From assembly GCF_009914755.1 (NCBI RefSeq), contig NC_060943.1: DNA of 64,000 bases; one strand, written 5' to 3'. The first letter of the stretch is position 1; the number at the start of each line of letters is the position of its first letter. This document shows, one piece after another, positions 37,601 through 52,110 of the stretch. This stretch comes from the human T2T-CHM13v2.0 reference genome, Homo sapiens. Under the pieces are notes generated by a model that saw only the letters and a list, made by a program, of their open reading frames with translations, did no database searches and was not told the DNA's origin. The translations under genes were made by a program, and so were the position numbers.

Positions 37601-40600
37601 TTTGAGGTCAATGGTAGAATACGAAATATCTTCCTATAGAAACTAGACAGAATGATACTGAGAAACTCCTTTGTGATGTGTGCGTTCAACTCACAGTGTT
37701 TAACATTTCTTTTCATATAGCAGTTAGGAAACACTCTGTTTGTAAAGTCTGCAAGTGGATATTCAGACCTCCTTGAGGCCTTCGTTGGAAACGGGATTTC
37801 TTCCTATTATGCTAGACAGAAGAATTCTCAGTAACTTCCTTGTGTTGTGTGTATTCAACTCACAGAGTTGAATGATCCTTTACACAGAGCAGACTTGAAA
37901 CACTCTTTTTGTGGAATTTGCAAGTGGAGATTTCAGCCGCTTTGAGTTCAATGGTAGAATAGGAAATATCTTCCTATAGAAACTAGACAGAATGATTCTC
38001 AGAAACTCCTTTGTGATGTGTGCGTTCAACTCACAGAGTTCAACCTTTCTTTTCATAGAGCAGTTAGGAAACACTCTGTTTGTAAAGTCTGCAAGTGGAT
38101 ATTCAGACTTCTTTGAGGCCTTCGTTGGAAGCGGGTTTTCTTCATATTCTGCTAGAAAGAAGAATTCTCAGTAACTTCCTTGTGTTGTGTGTATTCAACT
38201 CACAGAGTTGAACGATCCTTTACACAGAGCAGACTTGAAACACTCTTTTTGTGGAATTTGCAAGTGGAGATTTCAGCCGCTTTGAGGTCAATGGTAGAAT
38301 AGGAAATATCTTCCTATAGAAACTAGACAGAATGATTCTCAGAAACTCCTTTGTGATGTGTGCGTTCAACTCACAGAGTTCAACCTTTCTTTTCATAGAG
38401 CAGTTGGGAAACACTCTGTTTGTAAAGTCTGCAAGTGGATATTCAGACTTCTTTGAGGCCTTCGTTGGAAGCGGGATTTCTTCATATTCTGCTAGACAGA
38501 AGAATTCTCAGTAACTTCCTTGTGTTGTGTGTATTCAACTCACAGAGTTGAACGATCCTTTACACAGAGCAGACTTGAAACACTCTTTTTGTGGAATTTG
38601 CAAGTGGAGATTTCAGCCGCTTTGAGGTCAATGGTAGAATAGGAAATATCTTCCTATAGAAACTAGACAGAATGATTCTCAGAAACTCCTTTGTGATGTG
38701 TGCGTTCAACTCACAGAGTTTAACCTTTCTTTTCATAGAGCAGTTAGGAAACACTCTGTTTGTAAAGTCTGCAAGTGGATATTCAGACATCCTTGAGGCT
38801 TTCGTTGGAAACGGGATTTCTTCATATTCTGTAAGAAAGAAGAATTCTCAGTAACTTCCTTGTGTTGTGTGTATTCAACTCACAGAGTTGAATGATCCTT
38901 TACACAGAACAGTCTTGAAACACTCTTTTTGTGGAATTTGCAAGTGGAGATTTCAGCCTCTTTGAGGTCTATGGTAGAATAGGAAATATCTTCCTATAGA
39001 AACTAGACAGAATGATTCTCAGAAACTCATTTGTGATGTGTGCGTTCAACTCACAGAGTTTAACCTTTCTTTTCATAGAGCAGTTAGGAAACACTCTGTT
39101 TGTAAAGTCTGCAAGTGGATATTCAGACCTCCTTGAGGCCTTCGTTGGAAACGGGATTTCTTCATATTCTGCTATACAGAAGAATACTCAGAAACTTCCT
39201 AGTGTTGTGTGTATTCAACTCACAGAGTTGAACGATCGTTTACACAGAGCAGACTTGAGACACTCTTTTTGTGGAATTTGTAAGTGGAGATTTCAGCCGC
39301 TTTGAGGTCAATGGTAGAAAAGGAAACATCTTCATATAAAAACTTGACAGAATGATTCTCAGAAACTCCTTTGTGATGTGTGCGTTCAACTCACAGAGTT
39401 TAACCTTTCTTTTCATAGAGCAGTTAGGAAACACTCTGTTTGTAAAGTCTGCAAGTGGATATTCAGACCTCTATGAGGCCTTCGTTGGAAACGGGATTTC
39501 TTCATATTATGCTAGACAGAAGAATTCTCAGTAACTTCCTTGTGTTGTGTGTATTCAACTCACAGAGTTGAACGATCCTTTACACAGAGCAGACTTGAAA
39601 CACTCTTTTTGTGTAATTTGCAAGTGGAGATTTCAGCCGCTTTGAGGTCAATGGTAGAAAAGGAAATATCTTCGTATAAAAACTAGACAGAATGATTCTC
39701 AGAAACTCCTTTGTGATGTGTGCGTTCAACTCACAGAATTTAACCTTTCTTTTCATAGAGCAGTTAGGAAACACTCTGTTTGTAAAGTCTGCAAGTGGAT
39801 ATTCAGACCTCCTTGAGGCCTTCGTTGGAAACGGGATTTCTTCATATTATGCTAGACAGAAGAATTCTCAGTAACTTCCTTGTGTTGTGTGTATTCAACT
39901 CACAGAGTTGAACGATCCTTTACACAGAGCAGACTTGAAACACTTTTTGTGGAATTTGCAAGCGGAGATTTCAGCCGCTTTGAGGTCAATGGTAGAATAG
40001 GAAATATCTTCCTATAGAAACTAGACAGAATGATTCTCAGAAACTCCTTTGTGATGTGTGCGTTCAACTCACAGAGTTTAACCTTTCTTTTCATAGAGCA
40101 GTTAGGAAACACTCTGTTTTTATAGTCTGCAAGTGGATATTCAGACATCTTTGAGGCCTTCGTTGGAAACGTGATTTCTTCATATTCTGCTATACAGAAG
40201 AATTCTCAGAAACTTCCTTGTGTTGTGTGTTTTCAACTCACAGAGTTGAACGATGCTTTACACAGAGTAGACTTGAAACACTCTTTTTGTGTAATTTGCA
40301 AGTGGAGATTTCAGCCGCTTTGAGGTCAATGGTAGAAAAGGAAATATCTTCGTATAAAAACTAGACAGAATGATTCTCAGAAACTACTTTGTGATGTGTG
40401 CGTTCAACTCACAGAGTTTAACCTTTCTTTTCATAGAGCAGTTAGGAAACACTCTGTTTGTAAAGTCTGCAAGTGGATATTCAGACATCCTTGAGGCTTT
40501 CGTTGGAAACGGGATTTCTTCATATTCTGCTATACAGAAGAATTCTCAGAAACTTCCTTGTGTTGTGTGTTTTCAACTCACAGAGTTGAACGATGCTTTA

Positions 40601-43600
40601 CACAGTGTAGACTTGAAACACTCTTGTTGTGGAATTTGCAAGTGGAGATTTCAGCCGCTTTGAGGTCAATGGTAGAATAGGAAATATCTTCCTATAGAAA
40701 CTAGACAGAATGATTCTCAGAAACTCCTTTGTGATGTGTGCGTTCAACTCACAGAGTTTAACCTTTCTTTTCATAGAGCAGTTAGGAAACACTCTGTTTG
40801 TAAAGTCTGCAAGTGGATATTCAGACCTCTTTGAGGCCTTCGTTTGAAACGGGATTTCTTCATATTCTGCTAGAAAGAAGAATTCTCAGTAACTTCCTTG
40901 TGTTGTGTGTATTCAACTCACAGAGTTGAATGATCCTTTACACAGAACAGACTTGAAACACTCTTTTTGTGGAATTTGCAAGTGGAGATTTCAGCTGCTT
41001 TGAGGTCAATGGTAGAAAAGGAAATATCTTCCTATAGAAACTAGACAGAATGATTCTCAGAAACTCCTTTGTGATGTGTGCGTTCAACTCACAGAGTTTA
41101 ACCTTTCTTTTCATAGAGCAGTTAGGAAACACTCTGTTTGTAAAGTCTGCAAGTGGATATTCAGACATCTTTGAGGCTTTCGTTGGAAACGGGATTTCTT
41201 CGCATTCTGCTATACAGAAGAATTCTCAGAAACTTCCTTGTGTTGTGTGTTTTCAACTCACAGATTTGAACGATGCTTTACAAAGAGTAGACTTGAAACA
41301 CTCTTTTTGTGGAATTTGCAAGTGGAGATTTCAGCCGCTTTGAGGTCAATGGTAGAATAGGAAATATCTTCCTATAGAAACTAGACAGAATGATTCTCAG
41401 AAACTCCTTTGTGATGTGTGCGTTGAACTCACAGAGTTTAACCTTTCTTTTCATAGAGCAGTTAGGAAACACTCTGTTTTTATAGTCTGCAAGTGGATAT
41501 TCAGACATCTTTGAGGCCTTGGTTGGAAACGGGATTACTTCATATTCTGCTATACAGAAGAATTCTCAGAAACTTCCTTGTGTTGTGTGTTTTCAACTCA
41601 CAGAGTTCAACGATGCTTTACACAGAGTAGACTTGAAACACTCTTTTTGTGTAATTTGCAAGTGGAGATTTCAGCCGCTTTGAGGTCAATGGTAGAAAAG
41701 GAAATATCTTCGTATAAAAACTAGACAGAATGATTCTCAGAAACTCCTTTGTGATGTGTGCGTTCAACTCACAGAGTTTAACCTTTCTTTTCATAGAGCA
41801 GTTAGGAAACACTCTGTTTGTAAAGTCTGCAAGTGGATATTCAGACATCCTTGAGGCTTTCGTTGGAAACGGGATTTCTTCATATTCTGCTAGAAAGAAG
41901 AATTCTCAGTAACTTCCTTGTGTTGTGTGTATTCAACTCACAGAGTTGAATGATCCTTTACACAGAACAGACTTGAAACACTCTTTTTGTGGAATTTGCA
42001 AGTGGAGATTTCAGCCGCTTTGTGGTCAATGGTAGAATAGGAAATATCTTCCTATAGAAACTAGACAGAATGATTCTCAGAAACTCCTTTGTGATGTCTG
42101 CGTTCAACTCACAGAGTTAAACTTTCTTTTCATAGAGCAGTTAGGAAACACTCTGTTTGTAAAGTCTGCAAGTGGATATTCAGACCTCCTTGAGGCCTTC
42201 GTTGGAAAAGGGATTTCTTCATATTATGCTAGACAGAAGAATTCTCAGTAACTTCCTTGTGTTGTGTGTATTCAAATCACAGAGTTGAACGATCCTTTAC
42301 ACAGAGCAGACTTGAAACACTTTTTGTGGAATTTGCAAGCGGAGATTTCAGCCGCTTTGAGGTCAATGGTAGAATAGGAAATATCTTCCTATAGAAACTA
42401 GACAGAATGATTCTCAGAAACTCCTTTGTGATGTGTGCGTTCAACTCACAGAGTTTAACCTTTCTTTTCATAGAGCAGTTGGGAAACACTCTGTTTGTAA
42501 AGTCTGCAAGTGGATATTCAGACCTCTTTGAGGCCTTCGTTGGAAACGGGATTTCTTCATATTCTGCTAGACAGAAGAATTCTCAGTAACTTCCTTGTGT
42601 TGTGTGTATTCAACTCACAGAGTTGAATGATCCTTTACACAGAACAGACTTGAAACACTCTTTTTGTGGAATTTGCAAGTGGAGATTTCAGCCGCTTTGA
42701 GGTCAATGGTAGAATAGGAAATATCTTCCTATAGAAACTAGACAGAATGATTCTCAGAAACTGCTTTGTGATGTGTGCGTTCAACTCACAGAGTTTAACC
42801 TTTCTTTTCATAGAGCAGTTAGGAAACACTCTGTTTGTAAAGTCTGCAAGTGGATATTCAGACCTCCTTGAGGCCTTCGTTGGAAATGGGATTTCTTCAT
42901 ATTATGCTAGACAGAAGAATTCTCAGTAACTTCCTTGTGTTGTGTGTATTCAACTCACAGAGTTGAACGATCCTTTACACAGAGCATACTTGAAACACTC
43001 TTGTTGTGGAATTTGCAAGGGGAGATTTCAGCCGCTTTGAGGTCAATGGTAGAATAGGAAACATCTTCCTATAGAAACTAGACAGAATGATTCTCAGAAA
43101 CTCCCTTGTGATGTGTGCGTTCAACTCACAGAGTTTAACCTTTCTTTTCATAGAGCAGTTAGGAAACACTCTGTTTGTAAAGTCTGCAAGTGGATATTCA
43201 GACCTCTTTGAGGCCTTCGTTTGAAACGGGATTTCTTCATATTATGCTAGACAGAAGAATTCTCAGTAACTTCCTTGTGTTGTGTGTTTTCAACTCACAG
43301 AGTTCAACGATCCTTTACATAGAGTAGACTTGAAACACTCTTTTTGTGGAATTGGCAAGTGGAGATTTCAGCCGCTTTGAGGTCAATGGTAGAAAAGGAA
43401 ATATCTTCGTATAAAAAATAGACAGAGTGATTCTCAGAAACTCCTTTGTGTTGTCTGCGTTCAACTCACAGAGTTTAACCTTTCTTTTCATAGAGCAGTT
43501 AGGAAACACTCTGTTTGTAAAGTCTGCAAGTGGATATTCAGACCTCTTTGAGGCCTTCGTTGGAAACGGGATTTCTTCATATTCTGCTAGACAGAAGAAT

Positions 43601-46600
43601 TCTCAGTAACTTCCTTGTGTTGTGTGTATTCAACTCACAGAGTTGAATGATCCTTTACACAGAGCAGACTTGAAACACTCTTTTTGTGGAATTTGCAAGT
43701 GGAGATTTCAGCCGCTTTGAGTTCAATGGTAGAATAGGAAATATCTTCCTATAGAAACTAGACAGAATGATTCTCAGAAACTCCTTTGTGATGTGTGCGT
43801 TCAACTCACAGAGTTCAACCTTTCTTTTCATAGAGCAGTTGGGAAACACTCTGTTTGTAATGTCTGCAAGTGGATATTCAGACTTCTTTGAGGCTTTCGT
43901 TGGAAGCGGGATTTCTTCATATTCTGCTAGACAGAAGAATTCTCAGTAACTTCCTTGTGTTGTGTGTATTCAACTCACAGAGTTGAACGATCCTTTACAC
44001 AGAGCAGACTTGAAACACTCTTTTTGTGGAATTTGCAAGTGGAGATTTCAGCCGCTTTGAGGTCAATGGTAGAATAGGAAATATCTTCCTATAGAAACTA
44101 GACAGAATGATTCTCAGAAACTCCTTTGTGATGTGTGCGTTCAACTCACAGAGTTTAACCTTTCTTTTCATAGAGCAGTTAGGAAACACTCTGTTTGTAA
44201 AGTCTGCAAGTGGATATTCAGACATCCTTGAGGCTTTCGTTTGAAACGGGATTTCTTCATATTCTGCTAGAAAGAAGAATTCTCAGTAACTTCCTTGTGT
44301 TGTGTGTATTCAACTCACAGAGTTGAATGATCCTTTACACAGAACAGTCTTGAAACACTCTTTTTGTGGAATTTGCAAGTGGAGATTTCAGCCGCTTTGA
44401 GGTCAATGGTAGAATAGGAAATATCTTCCTATAGAAACTAGACAGAATGATTCTCAGAAACTCCTTTGTGATGTGTGCGTTCATCTCACAGAGTTTAACC
44501 TTTCTTTTCATAGAGCAGTTAGGAAACACTCTGTTTGTAAAGTCTGCAAGTGGATATTCAGACATCTTTGAGGCTTTCGTTGGAAACGGGATTTCTTCAT
44601 ATTCTGCTAGACAGAAGAATTCTCAGAAACTTCGTTGTGTTGTGTGTTTTCAACTCACAGAGTTCAACGATCCTTTACACAGAGTAGACTTGAAACACTC
44701 TTTTTGTGGAATTGGCAGGGAGGAGATTTCAGCCGCTTTGAGGTCAATGGTAGAAAAGGAAATATCTTCGTATAAAAACTAGACAGAGTGATTCTCAGAA
44801 ACTCCTTTGTGATGTCTGCGTTCAACTCACAGAGTTTAACCTTTCTTTTCATAGAGCAGTTAGGAAACACTCTGTTTGTAAAGTCTGCAAGTGGATATTC
44901 AGAACTCCTTGAGGCCTTCGTTGGAAACGGGATTTCTTCCTATTCTGCTATACAGAAGAATTCTCAGAAACTTCCTTGTGTTGTGTGTATTCAACTCACA
45001 GAGTTGAACGATCGTTTACACAGAGCAGACTTGAGACACTCTTTTTGTGGAATTTGCAAGTGGAGATTTCAGCCGCTTTGAGGTCAATGGTAGAAAAGGA
45101 AATATCTTCATATAAAAACTAGACAGAATGATTCTCAGAAACTCCTTTGTGATGTGTGCGTTCAACTCACAGAGTTTAACCTTTCTTTTCATAGAGCAGT
45201 TAGGAAACACTCTGTTTGTAAAGTCTGCAAGTGGATATTCAGACCTCTTTGAGGCCTTCGTTGGAAACGGGATTTCTTCATAATATGCTAGACAGAAGAA
45301 TTCTCAGTAACTTCCTTGTGTTGTGTGTATTCAACTCACAGAGTTGAACGAACCTTTACACAGAGCAGACTTGAAACACTCTTTTTGTGGAATTTGCAAG
45401 TGTAGATTTCATCCGCTTTGAGGTCAATGGTAGAAAAGGAAATATCTTCGTATAAAAACTAGACAGAATGATTCTGAGAAACTCCTTTGTGATGTGTGCG
45501 TTCAACTCACAGAGTTTAACCTTTCTTTTCATAGAGCAGTTAGGAAACACTCTGTTTGTAAAGTCTGCAAGTGGATATTGAGACCTCCTTGAGGCCTTCG
45601 TTGGAAACGGGATTTCTTCATATTATGCTAGACAGAAGAATTCTCAGTAACTTCCTTGTGTTGTGTGTATTCAACTGACAGAGTTGAACGATCCTTTACA
45701 CAGAGCAGACTTGAAACACTCTTTTTGTGGAATTTGCAAGTGGAGATTTCAGCCGCTTTGTGTTCAATGGTAGAATAGGAAATATCTTCCTATAGAAACT
45801 AGACAGAATGATTCTCAGAAACTCCTTTGTGATGTGTGCGTTCAACTTACAGAGTTCAACCTTTCTTTTCATAGAGCAGTTGGGAAACATTCTGTTTGTA
45901 AAGTCTGCAAGTGGATATTCGGGCTTATTTGAGGCCTTCGTTGGAAGCGGGATTTCTTCATATTCTGCTAGACAGAAGAATTCTCAGTAACTTCCTTGTG
46001 TTGTGTGTATTCAACTCACAGAGTTGAACGATCCTTTACACAGAGCAGACTTGAAACACTATTTTGTGGAATTTGCAAGTGGAGATTTCAGCCGCTTTGA
46101 GGTCAATGGTAGAATAGGAAATATCTTCCTATAGAAACTAGACAGAATGATTCTCAGAAACTCCTTTGTGATGTGTGCGTTCAACTCACAGAGTTTAACC
46201 TTTCTTTTCATAGAGCAGTTAGGAAACACTCTGTTTGTAAAGTCTGCATGTGGATATTCAGACATCCTTGAGGCTTTCGTTGGAAACGGGATTTCTTCAT
46301 ATTCTGCTAGAAAGAAGAATTCTCTGTAACTTCCTTGTGTTGTGTGTATTCAACTCACAGAGTTGAATGATCCTTTACACAGAACAGTCTTGAAACACTC
46401 TTTTTGTGGAATTTGCAAGTGGAGATTTCAGCCGCTTTGAGGTCAATGGCAGAATAGGAAATATCTTCCTATAGAAACTAGACAGAATGATTCTCAGAAA
46501 CTCCTTTGTGATGTGTGCGTTCAACTCACAGAGTTTAACCTTTCTTTTCATAGAGCAGTTAGGAAACACTCTGTTTGTAAAGTCTGCAAGTGGATATTCA

Positions 46601-49600
46601 GACATCTTTGAGGCTTTCGTTGGAAACGGGATTTCTTCATATTCTGCTAGACAGAAGAATTCTCAGAAACTTCGTTGTGTTGTGTGTTTTCAACTCACAG
46701 AGTTCAACGATCCTTTACACAGAGTAGACTTGAAACACTCTTTTTGTGGAATTGGCAGGGTGGAGATTTCAGCCGCTTTGAGGTCAATGGTAGAAAAGGA
46801 AATATCTTCGTATAAAAACTAGACAGAGTGATTCTCAGAAACTCCTTTGTGATGTCTGCGTTCAACTCACAGAGTTTAACCTTTCTTTTCATAGAGCAGT
46901 TAGGAAACACTCTGTTTGTAAAGTCTGCAAGTGGATATAGAGACCTCCTTGAGGCCTTCGTTGGAAACGGGATTTCTTCATATTCTGCTATACAGAAGAA
47001 TTCTCAGAAACTTCCTTGTGTTGTGTGTATTCAACTCACAGAGTTGAACGATCGTTTACACAGAGCAGACTTGAGACACTCTTTTTGTGGAATTTGTAAG
47101 TGGAGATTTCAGCCGCTTTGAGGTCAATGGTAGAAAAGGAAATATCTTCATATAAAAACTAGACAGAATGATTCTCAGAAACTCCTTTGTGATGTGTGCG
47201 TTCAACTCACAGAGTTTAACCTTTCTTTTCATAGAGCAGTTAGGAAACACTCTGTTTGTAAAGTCTGCAAGTGGATATTCAGACCTCTTTGAGGCCTTCG
47301 TTGGAAACGGGATTTCTTCATATTCTGCTAGAGAGAAGAATTCTCAGTAACTTCATTGTGTTGTGTGTATTCAACTCACAGATTTCAACGATCCTTTACA
47401 CAGAGCAGACTTGAAACACTCTTTTTCTGGTATTTGCAAGTGGAGATTTCAGCCGCTTTGAGGTCAATGGTAGAATAGGAAATATCTTCCTATAGAAACT
47501 AGACAGAATGATTCTCAGAAACTCCTTTGTGATGTGTGCGTTCAACTCACAGAGTTTAACCTTTCTTTTCATAGAGCAGTTAGGAAACACTCTGTTTGTA
47601 AAGTCTGCAAGTGGATATTCAGACCTCCTTGAGGCCTTCGTTGGAAACGGGATTTCTACATATAATGCTAGACAGAAGAATTCTCAGTAACTTCCTTGTG
47701 TTGTGTGTATTCAACTCACAGAGTTGAACGATCCTTTACACAGAGCAGACTTGAAACACTCTTTTTGTGGAATTTGCAAGTGGAGATTTCAGCCGCTTTG
47801 AGTTCAATGGTAGAATAGGAAATATCTTCCTATAGAAACTAGACAGAATGATTCTGAGAAACTCCTTTGTGATGTGTGCGTTCAACTCACAGAGTTTAAC
47901 ATTTCTTTTCATATAGCAGTTAGGAAACACTCTGTTTGTAAAGTCTGCAAGTGGATATTCAGACCTCCTTGAGGCCTTCGTTGGAAACGGGATTTCTTCC
48001 TATTCTGCTAGACAGAAGAATTCTCAGTAACTTCCCTGTGTTGTGTGTATTCAACTCACAGAGTTGAATGATCCTTTACACAGAGCAGACTTGAAACACT
48101 CTTTTTGTGGAATTTGCAAGTGGAGATTTCAGCCGCTTTGAGTTCAATGGTAGAATAGGAAATATCTTCCTATAGAAACTAGACAGAATGATTCTCAGAA
48201 ACTCCTTTGTGATGTGTGCGTTCAACTCACAGAGTTCAACCTTTCTTTTCATAGAGCAGTTGGGAAACACTCTGTTTGTAAAGTCTGCAAGTGGATATTC
48301 AGACTTCTTTGAGGCCTTCGTTGGAAGCGGGTTTTCTTCATATTCTGCTTGACAGAAGAATTCTCAGTAACTTCCTTGTGTTGTGTGTATTCAACTCACA
48401 GAGTTGAACGATCCTTTACACAGAGCAGACTTGAAACACTCTTTTTGTGGAATTTGAAAGTGGAGATTTCAGCCGCTTTGAGGTCAATGGTAGAATAGGA
48501 AATATCTTCCTATAGAAACTAGACAGAATGATTCTCAGAAACTCCTTTGTGATGTGTGCGTTCAACTCACAGAGTTCAACCTTTCTTTTCATAGAGCAGT
48601 TGGGAAACACTCTGTTTGTAAAGTCTGCAAGTGGATATTCAGACTTCCTTGAGGCCTTCGTTGGAAGCGGGATTTCTTCAAATTCTGCTAGACAGAAGAA
48701 TTCTCAGTAACTTCCTTGTGTTGTGTGTATTCAACTCACAGAGTTGAACGATCCTTTACACAGAGCAGACTTGAAACACTCTTTTTGTGGAATTTGCAAG
48801 TGGAGATTTCAGCCGCTTTGAGGTCAATGGTAGAATAGGAAATATCTTCCTATAGAAACTAGACAGAATGATTCTCAGAAACTCCTTTGTGATGTGTGCG
48901 TTCAACTCCCAGAGTTTAACCTTTCTTTTCATAGAGCAGTTAGGAAACACTCTGTTTGTAAAGTCTGCAAGTGGATATTCAGACATCCTTGAGGCTTTCG
49001 TTGGAAACGGGATTTCTTCATATTCTGCTATACAGAAGAATTCTCAGTAACTTCGTGGTGTTGTGTGTTTTCAACTCACAGAGTTGAATGATCCTTTACA
49101 CAGAACAGTCTTGAAACACTCTTTTTGTGGAATTTGCAAGTGGAGATTTCAGCCGCTTTGAGGTCAATGGTAGAATAGGAAATATCTTCCTATAGAAACT
49201 AGACAGAATGATTCTCAGAAACTCCTTTGTGATTTGGGCGTTCAACTCACAGAGTTTAACCTTTCTTTTCATAGAGCAGTTAGGAAACACTCTGTTTGTA
49301 AAGTCTGCAAGTGGATATTCAGACATCTTTGAGGCTTTCGTTGGAAACTGGATTTCTTCATATTCTGCTATACAGAAGAATTCTCAGAAACTTCCTTGTG
49401 TTGTGTGTATTCAACTCACAGAGTTGAACGATCGTTTACACAGAGCAGACTTGAGACACTCTTTTTGTGGAATTTGTAAGTGGACATTTCAGCCGCTTTG
49501 AGGTCAATGGTAGAAAAGGAAATATCTTCATATAAAAACTAGACAGAATGATTCTCAGAAACTCCTTTGTGATGTGTGCGTTCAACTCACAGAGTTTAAC

Positions 49601-52110
49601 CTTTCTTTTCATAGAGCAGTTAGGAAACACTCTGTTTGTAAAGTCTGCAAGTGGATATTCAGACCTCTTTGAGGCCTTCGTTGGAAACGGGATTTCTTCA
49701 TATTCTGCTAGAGAGAAGAATTCTCAGTAACTTCATTGTGTTGTGTGTATTCAACTCACAGATTTCAACGATCCTTTACACAGAGCAGACTTGAAACACT
49801 CTTTTTCTGGTATTTGCAAGTGGAGATTTCAGCCGCTTTGAGGTCAATGGTAGAATAGGAAATATCTTCCTATAGAAACTAGACAGAATGATTCTCAGAA
49901 ACTCCTTTGTGATGTGTGCGTTCAACTCACAGAGTTTAACCTTTCTTTTCATAGAGCAGTTAGGAAACACTCTGTTTGTAAAGTCTGCAAGTGGATATTC
50001 AGACCTCCTTGAGGCCTTCGTTGGAAACGGGATTTCTACATATTATGCTAGACAGAAGAATTCTCAGTAACTTCCTTGTGTTGTGTGTATTCAACTCACA
50101 GAGTTGAACGATCCTTTACACAGAGCAGACTTGAAACACTCTTTTTGTGGAATTTGCAAGTGGAGATTTCAGCCTCTTTGAGGTCAATTGTAGAATACGA
50201 AATATCTTCCTATAGAAACTAGACAGAATGATACTGAGAAACTCCTTTGTGATGTGTGCGTTCAACTCACAGTGTTTAACATTTCTTTTCATATAGCAGT
50301 TAGGAAACACTCTGTTTGTAAAGTCTGCAAGTGGATATTCAGACCTCCTTGAGGCCTTCGTTGGAAACGGGATTTCTTCCTATTATGCTAGACAGAAGAA
50401 TTCTCAGTAACTTCCTTGTGTTGTGTGTATTCAACTCACAGAGTTGAATGATCCTTTACACAGAGCAGACTTGAAACACTCTTTTTGTGGAATATGCAAG
50501 TGGAGATTTCAGCCGCTTTGAGTTCAATGGTAGAATAGGAAATATCTTCCTATAGAAACTAGACAGAATGATTCTCAGAAACTCCTTTGTGATGTGTGCG
50601 TTCAACTCACAGAGTTCAACCTTTCTTTTCATAGAGCAGTTGGGAAACACTCTGTTTGTAAAGTCTGCAAGTGGATATTCAGACTTCTTTGAGGCCTTCG
50701 TTGGAAGCGGGATTTCTTCATATTCTGCTAGACAGAAGAATTCTCAGTAACTTCCTTGTGTTGTGTGTATTCAACTCACAGAGTTGAACGATCCTTTACA
50801 CAGAGCAGACTTGAAACACTCTTTTTGTGGAATTTGCAAGTGGAGATTTCAGCCGCTTTGAGGTCAATGGTAGAATAGGAAATATCTTCCTATAGAAACT
50901 AGACAGAATGATTCTCAGAAACTCCTTTGTGATGTGTGCGTTCAACTCACAGAGTTTAACCTTTCTTTTCATAGAGCAGTTAGGAAACACTCTGTTTGTA
51001 ATGTCTGCAAGTGGATATTCAGACATCCTTGAGGCTTTCGTTGGAAACGGGATTTCTTCATATTCTGCAAGAAAGAAGAATTCTCAGTAACTTCCTTGTG
51101 TTGTGTGTATTCAACTCACAGAGTTGAATGATCCTTTACACAGAACAGTCTTGAAACACTCTTTTTGTGGAATTTGCAAGTGGAGATTTCAGCCTCTTTG
51201 AGGTCTATGGTAGAATAGGAAATATCTTCCTATAGAAACTAGACAGAATGATTCTCAGAAACTCATTTGTGATGTGTGCGTTCAACTCACAGAGTTTAAC
51301 CTTTCTTTTCATAGAGCAGTTAGGAAACACTCTGTTTGTAAAGTCTGCAAGTGGATATTCAGACCTCCTTGAGGCCTTCGTTGGAAACGGGATTTCTTCA
51401 TATTCTGCTATACAGAAGAATACTCAGAAACTTCCTAGTGTTGTGTGTATTCAACTCACAGAGTTGAACGATCGTTTACACAGAGCAGACTTGAGACACT
51501 CTTTTTGTGGAATTTGTAAGTGGAGATTTCAGCCGCTTTGAGGTCAATGGTAGAAAAGGAAACATCTTCATATAAAAACTTGACAGAATGATTCTCAGAA
51601 ACTCCTTTGTGATGTGTGCGTTCAACTCACAGAGTTTAACCTTTCTTTTCATAGAGCAGTTAGGAAACACTCTGTTTGTAAAGTCTGCAAGTGGATATTC
51701 AGACCTCTTTGAGGCCTTCGTTGGAAACGGGATTTCTTCATATTATGCTAGACAGAAGAATTCTCAGTAACTTCCTTGTGTTGTGTGTATTCAACTCACA
51801 GAGTTGAACGATCCTTTACACAGAGCAGACTTGAAACACTCTTTTTGTGTAATTTGCAAGTGGAGATTTCAGCCGCTTTGAGGTCAATGGTAGAAAAGGA
51901 AATATCTTCGTATAAAAACTAGACAGAATGATTCTCAGAAACTCCTTTGTGATGTGTGCGTTCAACTCACAGAATTTAACCTTTCTTTTCATAGAGCAGT
52001 TAGGAAACACTCTGTTTGTAAAGTCTGCAAGTGGATATTCAGACCTCCTTGAGGCCTTCGTTGGAAACGGGATTTCTTCATATTATGCTAGACAGAAGAA
52101 TTCTCAGTAA
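30100..52110 (+). repeat. Large imperfect tandem duplication: copy A ~30100-39950 (29 dimers), copy B ~39950-52110 (36 dimers)
   Basis: Collinear rare markers at offsets 9856, 10196, 10536, 10876, 12576 and 12236, e.g. AAACGTGATT (30311/40167), GGCAGGGAGGAG (34178/44714), GTGTAGATTTCATCC (~34864/~45400), GAATACTCAG (39182/51418). Confidence 0.9.
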
